A DNA stretch of 63,364 nt, the filler included, from Guillardia theta CCMP2712 (taxonomy: Eukaryota; Protista; Cryptophyta), in assembly GCF_000315625.1 (NCBI RefSeq). It is 6 parts of 6 records of this genome, joined end to end, with 100 filler letters (N's around TTAATTAATTAA, not from the genome) between each part and the next. Parts side by side here need not be neighbours in the genome. Positions count along the whole stretch, not along the records: positions 18,632 to 38,530 come from NW_005434653.1; positions 38,631 to 50,888 come from NW_005434398.1; 4 more parts are not named here. One strand, written 5' to 3'. The first letter of the stretch is position 1. Each line of letters starts with the position of its first letter. This document shows, one piece after another, positions 26,301-38,759 of the stretch. The notes beneath the pieces were generated by a model that saw nothing but the letters and a program-made list of their open reading frames with translations, did no database searches and was not told where the DNA came from. The position numbers and the translations under genes were made by a program.

Positions 26301-26826
26301 CATCCTCTGACTCCACTGAGAGCTTGAGAGACCTTTCGTGATGCTCCAACGCTCGTTCATACTCGCCGATCGCTCGATATGAGATCCCCAGGTTTGCAAG
26401 GCAATTTGCTTCTGCCTCCTTGGACCCCAGCACCCTCGCGCATTCTGCTGCCTTCTCGAAGTACTTGATAGCTTCAGGAAAATTGCAGAGGTCGGAGTAT
26501 GCATTGCCGAGGTTACCGCAGGCGGTGTAGACGCTGAAGGAATCCTTCATGCCCTCGGACACATTAAGATGTCTCTCAAACAAAGTGATCGCCTCCTCAA
26601 CCAGCCCCAGGTTCTGGAATGCCAACCCTAGATTACCAAGAATTCCTGCAGTCAAGGACGGTCTGACTTGTGCATACTTGTCAGCAAGAGACAGGAGCTT
26701 CTCCTTCTGGGATGCCATGGTCTGGTGATCCTGCGACTGGATCATGGTTTGTAGAGAAGCGATCAGTGCATTGTCCTCCGCATCTATGCTAGAGGATGCG
26801 TTCTGCTTCCTGCTCGGAGCGGACAT
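23376..26826 (-). CDS. TPR-repeat + CHAT (caspase-like peptidase) protein, TTC28-like architecture; two exons (26826-24643, 24590-23376)
   Basis: Many xGNLGxxY TPR repeats. GT-AG intron at 24642..24591. CHAT motifs LLPHKELFFVPWAAL, LPFALEEA, VHLACHG and VVLSACNTG keep the His/Cys dyad. Confidence 0.9.
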
Positions 26827-27423
26827 GACGATTGATTTGTCTAGTTACTGTGTTCCTGCCTGACTGCCTGACCGACTGTCTCCCAAGCTCCCTTCTCAAA
26901 CTGTCCCTTCCTCCACTTCCCGCAAAGTCCGTAGGAAGGACTACCCCCTCACAATCATTTCATACCCCTACCAGTCATCAAACCGATTCCTTTACATGTA
27001 CCGGTACAATCATGTTTCTTTGTACCGGTACTTGATGTAGTAGTCAGTTCATGACCCCTCAGTAAAACACCGTACCCCTGACTCCTCTGGTGCTCGTTTG
27101 GTGGAGAAGAAAGGGATCGCAGGCGAGCACAAGGAAAGTGGACGCGAGGAGGAGGGAGGAGGCGGAGGAGGTAGGGAGGAGGAGAGCAGGGAAGAAGGGA
27201 GGAGGAGGGAGGGAGGGAGCGTGGTAGGAAGAAATGTTTCAGGACGAAGGAGAGACAGTAGAAATTGTCAGAAAGAAGATCGCAGACTGGAAAGGGAAAG
27301 GAATTCCATGATTTAGAGGCAAATGGTGGAAGTTAGGTAAAGCATTGAACCAAGAATATAGGAGCGAAACGAACTGAAGGTAAGAGAACTGTCTCAGGAG
27401 GGTTCGAGAACAAACGAGCATTG

Positions 27424-28734
27424 ATGGCGGAACCGAACCAAGACACAGGTTGGAAGAATCCATAGCGTGGATGTACTTGGAGCGGTTTTGTGACGCTTTC
27501 TGCAGAAGGTTGTAAGCATTACAGGAGGAGGTGTGAGATTAAATCTCCATGCTGCGGAAGGTAAAGAATGTCAAGGTCAAGTGTTTCGTTATAACGTGAC
27601 ATACAGGTTCTTTACCTGCCACAATTGCCATGATGAACAGATGGAAGTCACAGATGAATGCCGGTAGATTTGAGCTGTTCCCGCTCTCATGACTGACTGT
27701 ACTCCGACAGTGTCGAGATGAAGGGATCAACAGGTCTCTGTCTCTGTCTCTGTCTCTGTCTCTGTCTCTCTGTCTCTGTCTCTGTCTCTGTCTCTGTCTC
27801 TGTCTCTGTCTCTGTCTCTGTCTCTGTCTCTGTCTCTCTCTCCTTCTCCCTGACCTGCTCTATCGGGGTATGCAGAGGGGATGGGGCGGTACAATGTTAC
27901 TGTCATACGATGTAAGGTCTGCAATCTAGAGCAGGACGTTGGTCCTGTCTGTGCAGGTCCTGCTCTCGAGGACTTTGCCTTGCTCACTTGACTTGCATCA
28001 TGCACGAGAAGGTTGTGGAGTAGAGTTTGCTGAGTACTTCTGTAAGATGTGCAAACTGTTTTCGAAACCTACAAATCAGGTTGATCAATCCTCCTGTCTG
28101 CGCTTGTTTGGATATCCTGACTACATCCTTTCGACCCAGGGTATATACCATTGCAACGGTTGTGGAATCTGCAGGTCGAGGCATGCAGGAACCCTTGTCT
28201 TGTCTTGTGACGCGGAAACAGGGTTGGTCAAGGCATCGGGATATCTCATTTTCACTGCGATACTTGCAAAGCTTGTTACACGCTGGAATCCAGACAAGGG
28301 CACAAGTGTGTTGAGCGAGCACTCGACTCCGATTGCCCAGTCTGTATGCAATACTTGTTCACGTCTGCGAAGCCTCTCTTTGTTGGGCCACAATGTGGGC
28401 ATGCGCTGCATCAAACTTGCTTCAAAGAGGTGACAGAAGTTAGGAATGCTTCTAACACCCTTTTCTTACAGCCTTGAAGTTGTTGCAGGCCGGAACCTTC
28501 AAATGCCCTACATGTAGCAAGCCGATGTTTGAAGAAAAAGTGATCAAGAAGATACAGAAGGTCAGTCTGATTCTCTAGCTTCATTCACACACACAATTAC
28601 AATTACTGGTCTTGTTTGGTTCTCACTGAAGTGTGCTTTCTCCGTGGCAGAGAACCAAGATTTTCGACTATGCTCTGAAAGCCGCATCCATTGCTGTTGG
28701 AATGTATCTCGTCTGGAGATTCTTGGCTTCATGA
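27424..28734 (+). CDS. CHY-CTCHY-RING zinc-finger E3 ligase (Pirh2/RCHY1-like) with a hydrophobic C-terminal tail
   Basis: Spliced exons give GCKHYRRRCEIKSPCC, FTCHNCHDE, EYFCKMCKLF, IYHCNGCGICR, DCPVCMQYLF...CGHALHQTCF...CPTC, ending ...ALKAASIAVGMYLVWRFLAS*. Confidence 0.85.
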
Positions 28735-30349
28735 TTACATAAGGACTCCGTCCTTGCGTTCCCCATTCCGTCCACCACTCACAAACACACCTCGGACAGT
28801 GGCGCCGGCGATCTGATGATCGTTGTTGCCGTGAAAACGGATGGGCTGACCCTTGCTGTAGCTCATGCTATCTGAGACCACAGCTTGCCTCCCTCATCCC
28901 CGCGCGTTGTGCGTCTCCGGTTTGAAGGTGATGTTCTCAAGGTGCTGGTCTAGATGGTTCTAAGAAACCAAGATCATTCGCTCCTCGTTGCGGAGATGAG
29001 TCTACCTGAAGCCACTCCACTGTGTCTTGCTCCCTCCCGCCCTTGTCGGTGAAGGTTGGATTCACAAAGATCTTATTTTCATCCGCCTGGCAAAGACGGT
29101 CACTGGGATGATTGCTTCTTCAAACACATACCTGCATATCGAATACTACGATCGCGTTGTCATACCTGTCGGCAGAAAAATGAAGTTCAGAGCGAGAACC
29201 ATTGCAAAAGGTGTGGGAAGACGAGAAAGATGAGAGAGGAAACAAACGGACGTAGCAAGGTTCACAGAGAGAAGGCTTCACTTGTTATCGAGATCCATGA
29301 TGTATTGCTTGACTGGAGCATCAACGTGTAGCACAAGGCCTTTTGTGACATGACACTTGACCTGAGAACATAAGTTAAAGCAGAGTGCATTCGTATGCAG
29401 AAGCAAGATCGACACAAAGCGAGAATAAAGAGGAGAAACTGGGGGAAGAGGTAAGCAACCACTACGAGGTAAGCCGCAAGAGTGGGTAGTTGGCTGGTGG
29501 AGGCGATAGGCAGCGGTAGGGATGAGCAGGAGGGACATGAGGAACATCAGGAGAAGGAGGCGAAGAAAGAGCGGGAGCGGGAGCAAGTGCAGGAACAGCG
29601 TCGCACCATGGATTTCACGCTTTGCTCAGCTTGGACTATTCGGGTATTAGACTACCTACCCCCTTGGTTTACCACCCCCACTCGATCTTATGATCACCCT
29701 AGAAAAAGCCACTACCACATCGACCTCATACTACCCCACCTTGGATATCAAACTACCCCCTCACAACAAATTTGCCCGATATATACCACATATTTTTCCA
29801 GCGTTTGACACTGTATTATATATATATTCAATTATTGACTCGATTTTAAAATATTGAGATCATAGATTTTGAATTTATGTAGCAAATCAGAGTTAACTTG
29901 ACCCTTGCCGAAAACCCGTTCCTCACAGCAATCATCCGGCATGAAGTTCATGCTTGTCCTGCCTCGGCCCTTGCCCCTGCCCCTGCTCCGTCTCTTCCTC
30001 CTCCTCTCTCACCACCACACTCCCGCTTTTCCTTAACTCCTTCTTGCTCGTCTGCTCCCATGGTCCTTCTCACTTTGTCTCTTGCCACTTAACGGTTCAT
30101 CTCTCTGCCCCATAACGTTAAATCCTTTGTCAGCTTCATCCGATCATGTTTGAAGCTTTAATTCTACTATTCCATTATGATTTCCCACTGACCTGATCGT
30201 TTTGTTTTTGCTCCTGACTGTGCCTAGATCAGATTTTCCTTGGAGTACCTGGCGAAGAAGTTGAGACTGGTCAAACTCATGTAGTCTCGGCAGAGCTGAA
30301 TACGTCCACCGTTGATCTGTTGGCAAAGTGAGAGATGCCTCTGAACGAG

Positions 30350-32766
30350 ATGCGTTGGAAGGTAGCATGCTTGTTCTTGATGGCAGCAGCGACATGCCAT
30401 GCTGGACAAGTTGTAGATGTCGATGGCGGTTCGACAGTGTTCATGATGAACACAACCAATCCGTTTCATCCGTCGAAGAGCTTGTCCTTTGCTCATGTTC
30501 TCTTCGTTGGGTTTGATCTCACCTACGCGGATACTGCTGGTCTCCGTGGATACATAGCTCAGGACATCGCGCAACTTGGCAGGTACTATGCCAAGACCAA
30601 GTTCGGCTGCATCACGCAGTGCGACTCGCAAGACTTCAATGGAATCGATGGCATTCTGGGTTTGGGGATGCCGGATGCAGGTGAGGAGCGCGCTGATCGG
30701 AGGGTTTGTTCTTGACAGGAGCTCGCAGCCTTGGCATCCATCCCTGAGCCTCTCTTCTTCGCCATCAGTGACGAGACGGGGGATCCAGCCAACCAGTACA
30801 TCTTGAATCGCAGGATCTTCACGCTCGTGAGCACAGACGAGGCGGCTGAGCTCCACCTGGGAGGTTACGACCCGCATGCTGTCACTGAAGATATGAAGTA
30901 CTTTCGGACGACCTCGCAAGCGGAGTACAGCGTTCCTGTCTCCTCGATTTCGATGGGTGGCCATGAGTTCTTGAACTTTGCGTCAGCAGCACAAGCTAAG
31001 GGAAGGACGAGCATTCCAGGTGTACTTCGGAGGGATAGGAGGGTAGGAAGGGGCTGATCCGGGAGTTCGCAGGCATTCTAGACTCTGGGACGTCTTGTCT
31101 TGTTGTTCCTGACAGCACCTTGGATGGTGAGGGAGAGGGCGACAAAGACGATGAAAGATGACATGTTCCAGGTCTATTTCTGGAGTCGCCGTACCAAAGG
31201 TTCATGAACTACATGCAGCGGGGGCTTTCGATCTACATCACAGTAGCAGATCATCAGGTTTGCCGTGTCAGCGGTGCATGGCAGGGGGTGACAGTCTTGT
31301 TTGAAGTTTGAGATTCCTTTCCATCATTGGTGGTTATACCCGAACAACAGCCCTTGCATCCAGAGTACACCGGGTGGATTTGAGGTGATTGAGGAGGAGA
31401 AGGGCATAGGAGAGGGGAGGAGGGAGGGTGGGAGGGAGGGAGGGAGGGAGGGAGGGAGGGAGGGAGGGAGGGAGGGAGGGAGGGAGTAGAGACTGACGTG
31501 TCGGATGACAGGGAGTTCTGCTCGGGGATGCTCTCTTCCGCAGTCTCGTCGTACTGTTCGATCTCACGCATCCTCTCACGGTACGCCTGTCGATGTCTTG
31601 ACCGGGAGATGACGTGATCATAAGCCCGTCATTGGCCTTGCTCCAAGAAATCCAGATTACAACCTCGTTGACGCGCAGGTTGATCATTTGTTTTCATGGA
31701 GGGACGTTGAACGTTGACCGGCGTGCAGTGCTCGCATGTGAACGACTTCAAAGGTTGTGTGGCGGAAAGCCATCCACGACGCTTCTCCAAGATGGTGAGC
31801 CAAGTCCTTCACCTGCTGCAGTCCTTCTGTCTCCCCCTGACGATATGGATGCCCAGAGGTTGGCAAAGAAGAGGGGAAGGGGTCAAGGATCTCCGTACTT
31901 GCGCAAGGCTACCAAGCAGCTTGCATGGTCTGTGCCCTTGCTAGAGATGTTTCCTACTGTGCTCAAGGAGGAGCAGGCTGCAGAAGAAAGCCATGTCCAA
32001 GGTGAACAAGGATCTCGGCATGCCAGGTGAGCCCGAGGGCTTCTCAAGCACCTTATGCAATGACATCGAGCCCTGCAGACCTCTCACCCTCGGGAGGGGA
32101 CAAGCTCTTGACCAAGGCATCTCCTCCTCCTGTCATGATGTGTTGCTGATTCTCCTCGCAGGTCCCTGTGGACTTCTACGAGCAGACTCAGTTCTTCGTC
32201 AACGTCTCTTTGGGAACTCCCCGGCAGGTCCTATCACCCTCTCTCCTCTCTCTCAGGGGCCTTACAGTTGTCTACAGACTCGAACTGTCATCCTTGACAC
32301 GGGCAGCAGTGTCTTCGGTGTCTTCTGCGACCCTCCTCCCAAGCGAGGAGAGGCAACGAATAGCCACATCTACCTCCCTCACTTCATCCCCGCCAGCTTC
32401 CTACAGACAGGTATGTGACGAGCTGTAAAGGGAGGGAGTGACGGTTAGCAGGTGTGTCGGTCTCGAGGAAAGTTTCTCCTGAGCACGAGGAGGGAGTTGA
32501 GAGCTTGACCGCTGTTGTTGCTCTCCTTGTCATTGCCAATGTCGTCATGTTTATGTTGAGAACGTCCCGAAGGTGAGTGGATGGCTGATCGACAGTCTGC
32601 CAATCATGGCTAATCTTGAGCAGGCGAGAGCAAGACTCAGTCACTCCACGGGGATTCGAAGAAGCATGAGAAGGCCGGGCGATGTTCTGTTCCCTGTAGA
32701 TATCAGACTGCCTTGCATCATTCCAGTTTCACATTCAGAGTTTGTAATTTTTCCAGAGCAAGATAA
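30350..32766 (+). CDS. Pepsin-family (A1) aspartic protease, signal peptide + C-terminal TM helix, permuted motif order
   Basis: MRWKVACLFLMAAATCHA signal; FHPSKS, YADT..LRG, DGILGLG, LHLGGYD, ILDSGTS (31081), LLGDALFR, VIGLA; then FFVNVSLGTPRQ/VILDTGSS (32296) and hydrophobic LTAVVALLVIANVVMFML. 3' end approximate. Confidence 0.8.
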
Positions 32767-32838
32767 TGTACATACGCAAGGACTTAACATGTGATTGGGG
32801 ATGAAATTCAACAATCACCCTCTCTCATCCATGACCTC

Positions 32839-33582
32839 TCATGGCTCATTGTTGCCAAGTTTCTCGATGATCGCCCGCTGCTCCTTGTCCACCTTCTGCA
32901 AAGAGGCGAGCCTGGAAATGCTGACGTCAGTGGAGGGAGGGGAGGGAGGGCGGGCCCTACTGTTGCTGCAGCCTCTCCAGCTGCGCTCTCTTCTCGTTGA
33001 TCTGAGACTGAAGCTCTGCTGCTCTGATCTTGCGCGACTGAGAAAGGAGGTCATCGAGGGAAGCATGTCCCTTGAGAATGCAAAGGTCCTCCTCCCCTTA
33101 CCTCCTTCTCGCTCTCAACCCTGTTGCGCTGGCCAAGGGCCTTCAACTTCGCACTTTCGATTCTCGATGCATGGCGATTCATTCCCTCAACCAGCTTCTG
33201 GACCGTGTCTTGGAATTGTCCCATCTCTGAATCACAAATCAGACACCATATATTCCATCCATGCAATCGAACAAAAAAAAACATAAGGCGGGGTGCTGGA
33301 AGGGATTGTGTATATGATGTCTGCATTCTTGATGATTGAGTTGTTGATGATGATTGGGTTGTTGATGATGCTTGAGTAGAATGGATGTCGACTCCATTTC
33401 GACCATGTTGCGGATGTGTTTCACAGCTATGGTGAAGACCATGAAGAGGAAGTGGAGGACATCAAGAAGAACTTACTGGACGTGAAGGAGGTAGCTTCTT
33501 CTGCCAGTCTCTCAGTGTCCTTGTACTTCTCCTCCTCCAGCACCCGCAGCCTGAACGTGCCATCGAAGAAAACCTCCGCCAT
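32839..33582 (-). CDS. IFT20: Intraflagellar transport protein 20
   Basis: Spliced MAEVFFDGTFRLRVLEEEKYKDTERLAEEATSF...IESAKLKALGQRNRV...EKRAQLERLQ...SLQKVDKEQRAIIEKL matches the IFT20 pattern. Confidence 0.88.
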
Positions 33583-34190
33583 CTCCAACGCCTCAGCTGT
33601 ACCACCCTACCCACATCACTGAATACTTCAAACCCAACAATACCACCCCTGATATTATGACCCCACCGTGCTTTTCCGAAAACAACCGTGTCGAAATGGG
33701 GGTACATTTGATACAAAAGTGGATCCAAGGGGGTACTCTCATGTGTTGGGCTCAGACAAGGGGTAGGTTGTTTGAATGAATAAATCCCAACCCAGGTAAT
33801 GTAGAATACAAGAAAATCAATTAGCTCCAACTTGACAAGGAACCTCAACTTGCGGTAATAATAAGGGTTTGCGGTTTGACAGAATGCGGGTGCCGAAACG
33901 GTGAGTGAGCATGAGGGAGAGGGAGAGGGAGAGGGAGGGGGGGAGAGAGGGAGAGACAGAGACAGAGACAGAGACAGAGACAGAGAGACAGAGAGAGCCA
34001 GACCCTCGGAGAGAGAGAGGAAGAAGGGAGGGGAGGGAGGGAGGAAGGAGGGCAGAAGGAGTTCGGAGATAGAAAAGACGACTCGGATGACAGGAGAAGA
34101 ACATTGGGATATATGAGGAGTGTGCGGGATGGTGGTCAACAACGGTGTCTGAAGGCTGTACGCATGAGAGATAGAGGGTTCCAGGGTGTT

Positions 34191-36970
34191 CATGTTTGAG
34201 CCAAGTCCCGCAGAATCGCTGCTGCCGCCGTACATCATCAGCGGATCGCCAAGGCCAGGGCCGACCACGATGCAGAGGTGGTTTGTATTTCTTCTACCCA
34301 GAAAGACAGCTCATGATCGATGTTGCGGCAGGAGGGAGTACTGGAGCCCGAGTCACAACCCTTCCATGTCCTCATCTTCAAGAAGAACGACGAGGACGAG
34401 GATGGTGTGCCATGATGATTGAGATCGAAATGTCGTTCTGATTGCGTCCATTCTTCAGGTTTCCTAGACATGAGTCAAGTGAAGGTCCTCCTCTTGACTC
34501 TGCTGTCCCATCCTTCAAGACTGTGACTGTGGTTCAAGGTTGCTCTATCTGAACTGGCCCTGGACGACGAGCAGCAGAAGGTGGCCGAGATGAAGTTCTC
34601 AGAGCATGGTAACAGGCTCTCCTTCCTTGCAACTTTGTCTGAGGAAGATTGCCCATGATAGAAGAGGCGCTGGTCTCGCTCGAGACGTGGGAGAAAGTGT
34701 TGCTCGCCACCTTCTCCAACCTTGTCCTCGAGAACGATGCTGAAGAGCAAGAGCTGTTGAGAGAGAGGTTTGCAAGTGAGTCCGGACCTTGCGATCGTGC
34801 CTCTGAAGCACAAGCTATCTGACTTGTTCTTGTAGTTGCTGGAGGGTTTCTCATCAAGCCGGAGGACAAGATCGAAGACATTGCAGCCAAGTGAGGAGCA
34901 GGACAATCACTTTGGGTCTGAGGTATCCCTACAGGTTCCGCAAGCGCAAAGTCCGCGAGTTTTACCTATATCTGCTTTTCTGCATGTTCTTCACAGTGAG
35001 CACACTGCAGCAGGCAATGAGATGAAGACTCTGCCTTGCACGACTGAACCTTTCTTCTCCTCTTGTTGATTGTGAGACAGAGGCCAGTGGAGCAGATGTT
35101 TGACCTTTCCAAACAATCCTTGGACGGGGTATCCACAACACTGCCATGTGTTGTTCTTGCCATCACTAACTGCAATGGCCGCAGACTGTGTTTGGATGCT
35201 CGTTCCCAATGTGAGGAAGAGAAAGGGAGCTGGGGCAGGGGAAGGGGGACCAGGGGTTGGGGTGGGGGTGTGGGGGGTTTTGAGGAAGGGAGCTTCCGGA
35301 GTTTCACTCGCTCCCTTGAAACTGCAGCACTACGTACTTTAAGGGGTTCAATGACATTGGGGCCACCGAGGATTTCTGGGTATGGATGGGTGACGTTGCA
35401 GGTACCTGTTGTTGTTTCCTTTGTTATTTCACGATGCTGTTGGTGTTTGGTTGGAAATGCTTTTTCTCCTGCTGATTGATGACAAGTCAGCTATTGTCTC
35501 TTTCAAAGATTGCCTGCCATTTCGTTGCCTGACTCTTGTGAGTACAGTGCAGTACCTGTACACGTTCAATTGGTACAATGGATCGGAGTTCTTGCCAGAT
35601 TTTCAGGTTTGATGTTGAGTGCAAGAGATAAGGAGTGGTAGAGAAGTGAGAGGTTGTAGTGACAAGTTCAACACGGCTGAAAGATGATGTTGGTGATGAT
35701 TTATTGAGATGGAGATCATGATGATGATGATGATGACGATGATGACGATGGCAGGGAGAGACGTGAAGAGAAGAAAGAAGATGATGATTGCAATCACGAT
35801 TGAAATGACCGAGCTGAAGATAATGTCTTGCAGGGGACGAAGTGGAGATACCTGTACGACAATGTCGTCATTCAGGTAATCCTTCCCTCTTCCACATCTC
35901 CTTCACCTTGTTGACTGTCTCTGTCGGCAGAAACCGCGATTGAGACAGATACGAGTCCTCCCTGTCGGTGACCATCGAATCCCTCCCCTTACACAACTCA
36001 CTGTTCTCCCAGCTTGCTCAGTAATCAAAAGGTTCAACCCCAACCAAGACGGCTCTGACATCTGCTATCCCTCCTACACTTCCGGGTCCCTTTCTTCTGT
36101 CCGCAAGCACCACCCTTCCTCCTAACTATCAACGTCAGCGATGTAGACACTTCTCCTTGGTTTGGTGTGGAGCTGGACAGCGAGGTGCTGTGCTTGTTCG
36201 CAAGGAGTTGGGGGCTGATAATTGAGCAGGGGCAAGTGCGTGACACGGTCGTCGAATATCAGACAAGCCAGCAGGTTGTTGAGGGACGGAAAGATGAGAG
36301 GATCTGAAGCCAGAGCGATGCTGTCAGTTGAAGACTGCGAGTTACACTCCGCCAAAGATGAGCGGGAAGACGATCGCGTATGAACTTGTTGCCACTGCAT
36401 GTGCTGCTGCTGCTCTCCTTGTCGTCCTTGAAGATTGTGAAAGGGGAGAGGAGGGGAAGGGAGAGGGGGAGGGAGAGGGGGAGGGACAGGGAGCTCAGAA
36501 CTTTCATTGATTTTTGTCTGCAGCTACGAGGGAGGAGGGCACGTGATTGACTTTCCCCTCAACGCAACGAGTCAACAGTTTCAGGCCATGATGCAGGTCA
36601 GCCACGGCAGCAGGCGAGGGTTCGGCTTGTGACCCCCTCCGACAGAGACTGAAGGCGAGAGGATGGACAGACCGAAGGACGCGAGTTGTCTTCTTTGATC
36701 AGGTCATCTACAACGCAGAGGTTGATTGGTTGTCGCTGGCGACGCAAGGTGGCTGACTTGTGTCTAGTTGAACTCCTTCGTCTCCATCAGAGCAAGTTTT
36801 GAGTTCAACCCGTGGGGGTCTGTGTTGGTTGGGAGTGGAAAGAAAGAGTCGTGTTTGTAAACTGACACCCTCGATTGCAGCCTTTGATCAGAGCTCGAGT
36901 AATTCGATTAGGATTTGTTCGGTTCCAGTAAGCTGTGTGGAGAGTGTTGTTTTTGTTTTTGTTTTTGTTT

Positions 36971-37049
<79 letters not shown>

Positions 37050-38480
37050 CAGGTGGTGATCATGATCGTGCCAGTACGAGTCACGATGGAATTGAAGTTG
37101 TTGATGATCGAGGTGACGGTGATTTTCACAGTGATGTTGTCCTCCTCATTCTCGACATCGCTGTGTACACGTTTGTCATCGTCTCAGCTATCAGCACGCT
37201 CATCAAACTCTGGAAGTGAGTCAATGAGCAGAACTGTCATATTATCTGAGATGTTCTGATCGACATGGGAACAACAGATTGAGATGGAAATTCTTTCACT
37301 CCCTCTTGAATCAACTCGACATTGTCAACTACGTAATCAAACACACAGACCTGACACATGTTGTCTACTCTCCTGACCTCCAACCTGCAGTTCTTTTTCC
37401 TCATCACGGGATATTACAAGATCAATCTCTACATGTTATCGAAATCTCTCTCAGTCTTTTCCTAACTCTTTCACTCCTCAGGTCAACTTATTCCCTCCTG
37501 TCTGTTGCACCGAAACCTGAAGGTAAGTCCTCTATTATAAGTTGTTCTTCGGTGTTAACTCAGCCTTCAGATCCGCCGCGCGACTTCGAGAGCTTCGGAT
37601 GGACTTATGCGCAAGTAGAGTTTTGTCTTGCTTGCGTCTAGAGTGTTCACTTGGATGTTGGCAGATAGGAAATTGGAATGGATTCAACAGTCTGATCACT
37701 TGGTGAGAAATTCGCGATGAATGCATGGAAGGATGCAGTGGTGGTGGCGATGATGATGGAGATGCTGCTGCTGCTGCTGCTTATGAGGATCGTGATTGTG
37801 ATTATTATGGAGATGCTGATGATGGAGTTGTTGTTTGCTGCTGCTTATGAGGATCGTGATTGTGATTATGATGAAGATGCTGATGATGGAGCTGTTGTTG
37901 ATGATATTACTCTGTATTGACGAAGAAGAATACGGCTGATCTTTGATTTTCCATGTCGTGCAGGTCAAAAGCCCTGGTCTACCTCGGTTTGCTCCATCAT
38001 GTTAGTCTTTTCTTGGAACCTAGGGAGAGGACAGGAAGCGACCACAGCAAGAAGGATGGGGATGGGATGATAATGAGACACAGGGAGATGAACGAGGAAG
38101 GGGAGGCAGAGGAGGAACCGGTTCAAGGCTGAAAGTTCTAGAGGAAGGTGGTGGAGGAAGCGATAGAGGCAAGGGAGAGGATGTGGAGAGAGAGTGTGGG
38201 GAAAGAGAGAACAAGTGATAGGATGGGGGGAGCTAACTCAGGTCTGCTCCTAGTCCTTCAACATGCTTCTTCGGGTCATCTCGGAGAGCTCGAAGAATGT
38301 GTCCATCTTCTCTCTCATGTACGGCAAGAGACCAGAGGAGCAGCCGACGGGACTGACAGGCCCTCAGGTTCTTGATCGTCCTCTGGGCCTACGCGCAGGT
38401 GGGTGAGGGCAGGTGGGGCATGTCCTGTCTTAGCAGACGTTTGCAGACACTTTACGTTTGCTTCGGGACAGACATTGTGA
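34191..38480 (+). CDS. Polycystin-2/TRPP-like cation channel (many exons, truncated at contig end)
   Basis: Exons give KPRLRQIR, YEGGGHVIDFP, L.ARGW.DR.T.VVFFDQVIYN-like and ASFEFNP motifs, followed by several TM exons (LLILDIAVYTFVIV, NQLDIVNY, VLIVLWAYAQ). Start approximate. Confidence 0.75.
36945..37049. repeat. (GTT)n / (GTTTTT)n intronic microsatellite
   Basis: Direct run. Confidence 0.95.
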
Positions 38481-38574
38481 GGTAAGAGCGGAGAGGAGGG
38501 AGGGGGAGGGGAGGAAACAAGAGGATAGGGNNNNNNNNNNNNNNNNNNNNNNNNNNNNNNNNNNNNNNNNNNNN

Positions 38575-38586
38575 TTAATTAATTAA
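38575..38586. other. Artificial contig-joining linker
   Basis: TTAATTAATTAA within Ns. Confidence 0.95.
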
Positions 38587-38759
38587 NNNNNNNNNNNNNN
38601 NNNNNNNNNNNNNNNNNNNNNNNNNNNNNNACTCCCAGCGACCTCTACCATATCATCAGGCCTTACTGCAGGAGAGTGGACATGGACCGGCTCCGGCACG
38701 GCCATTTGTCTTACACATAATCTATGAAATACCTACGGAGTGGCTCCTAGACTCCTTCA

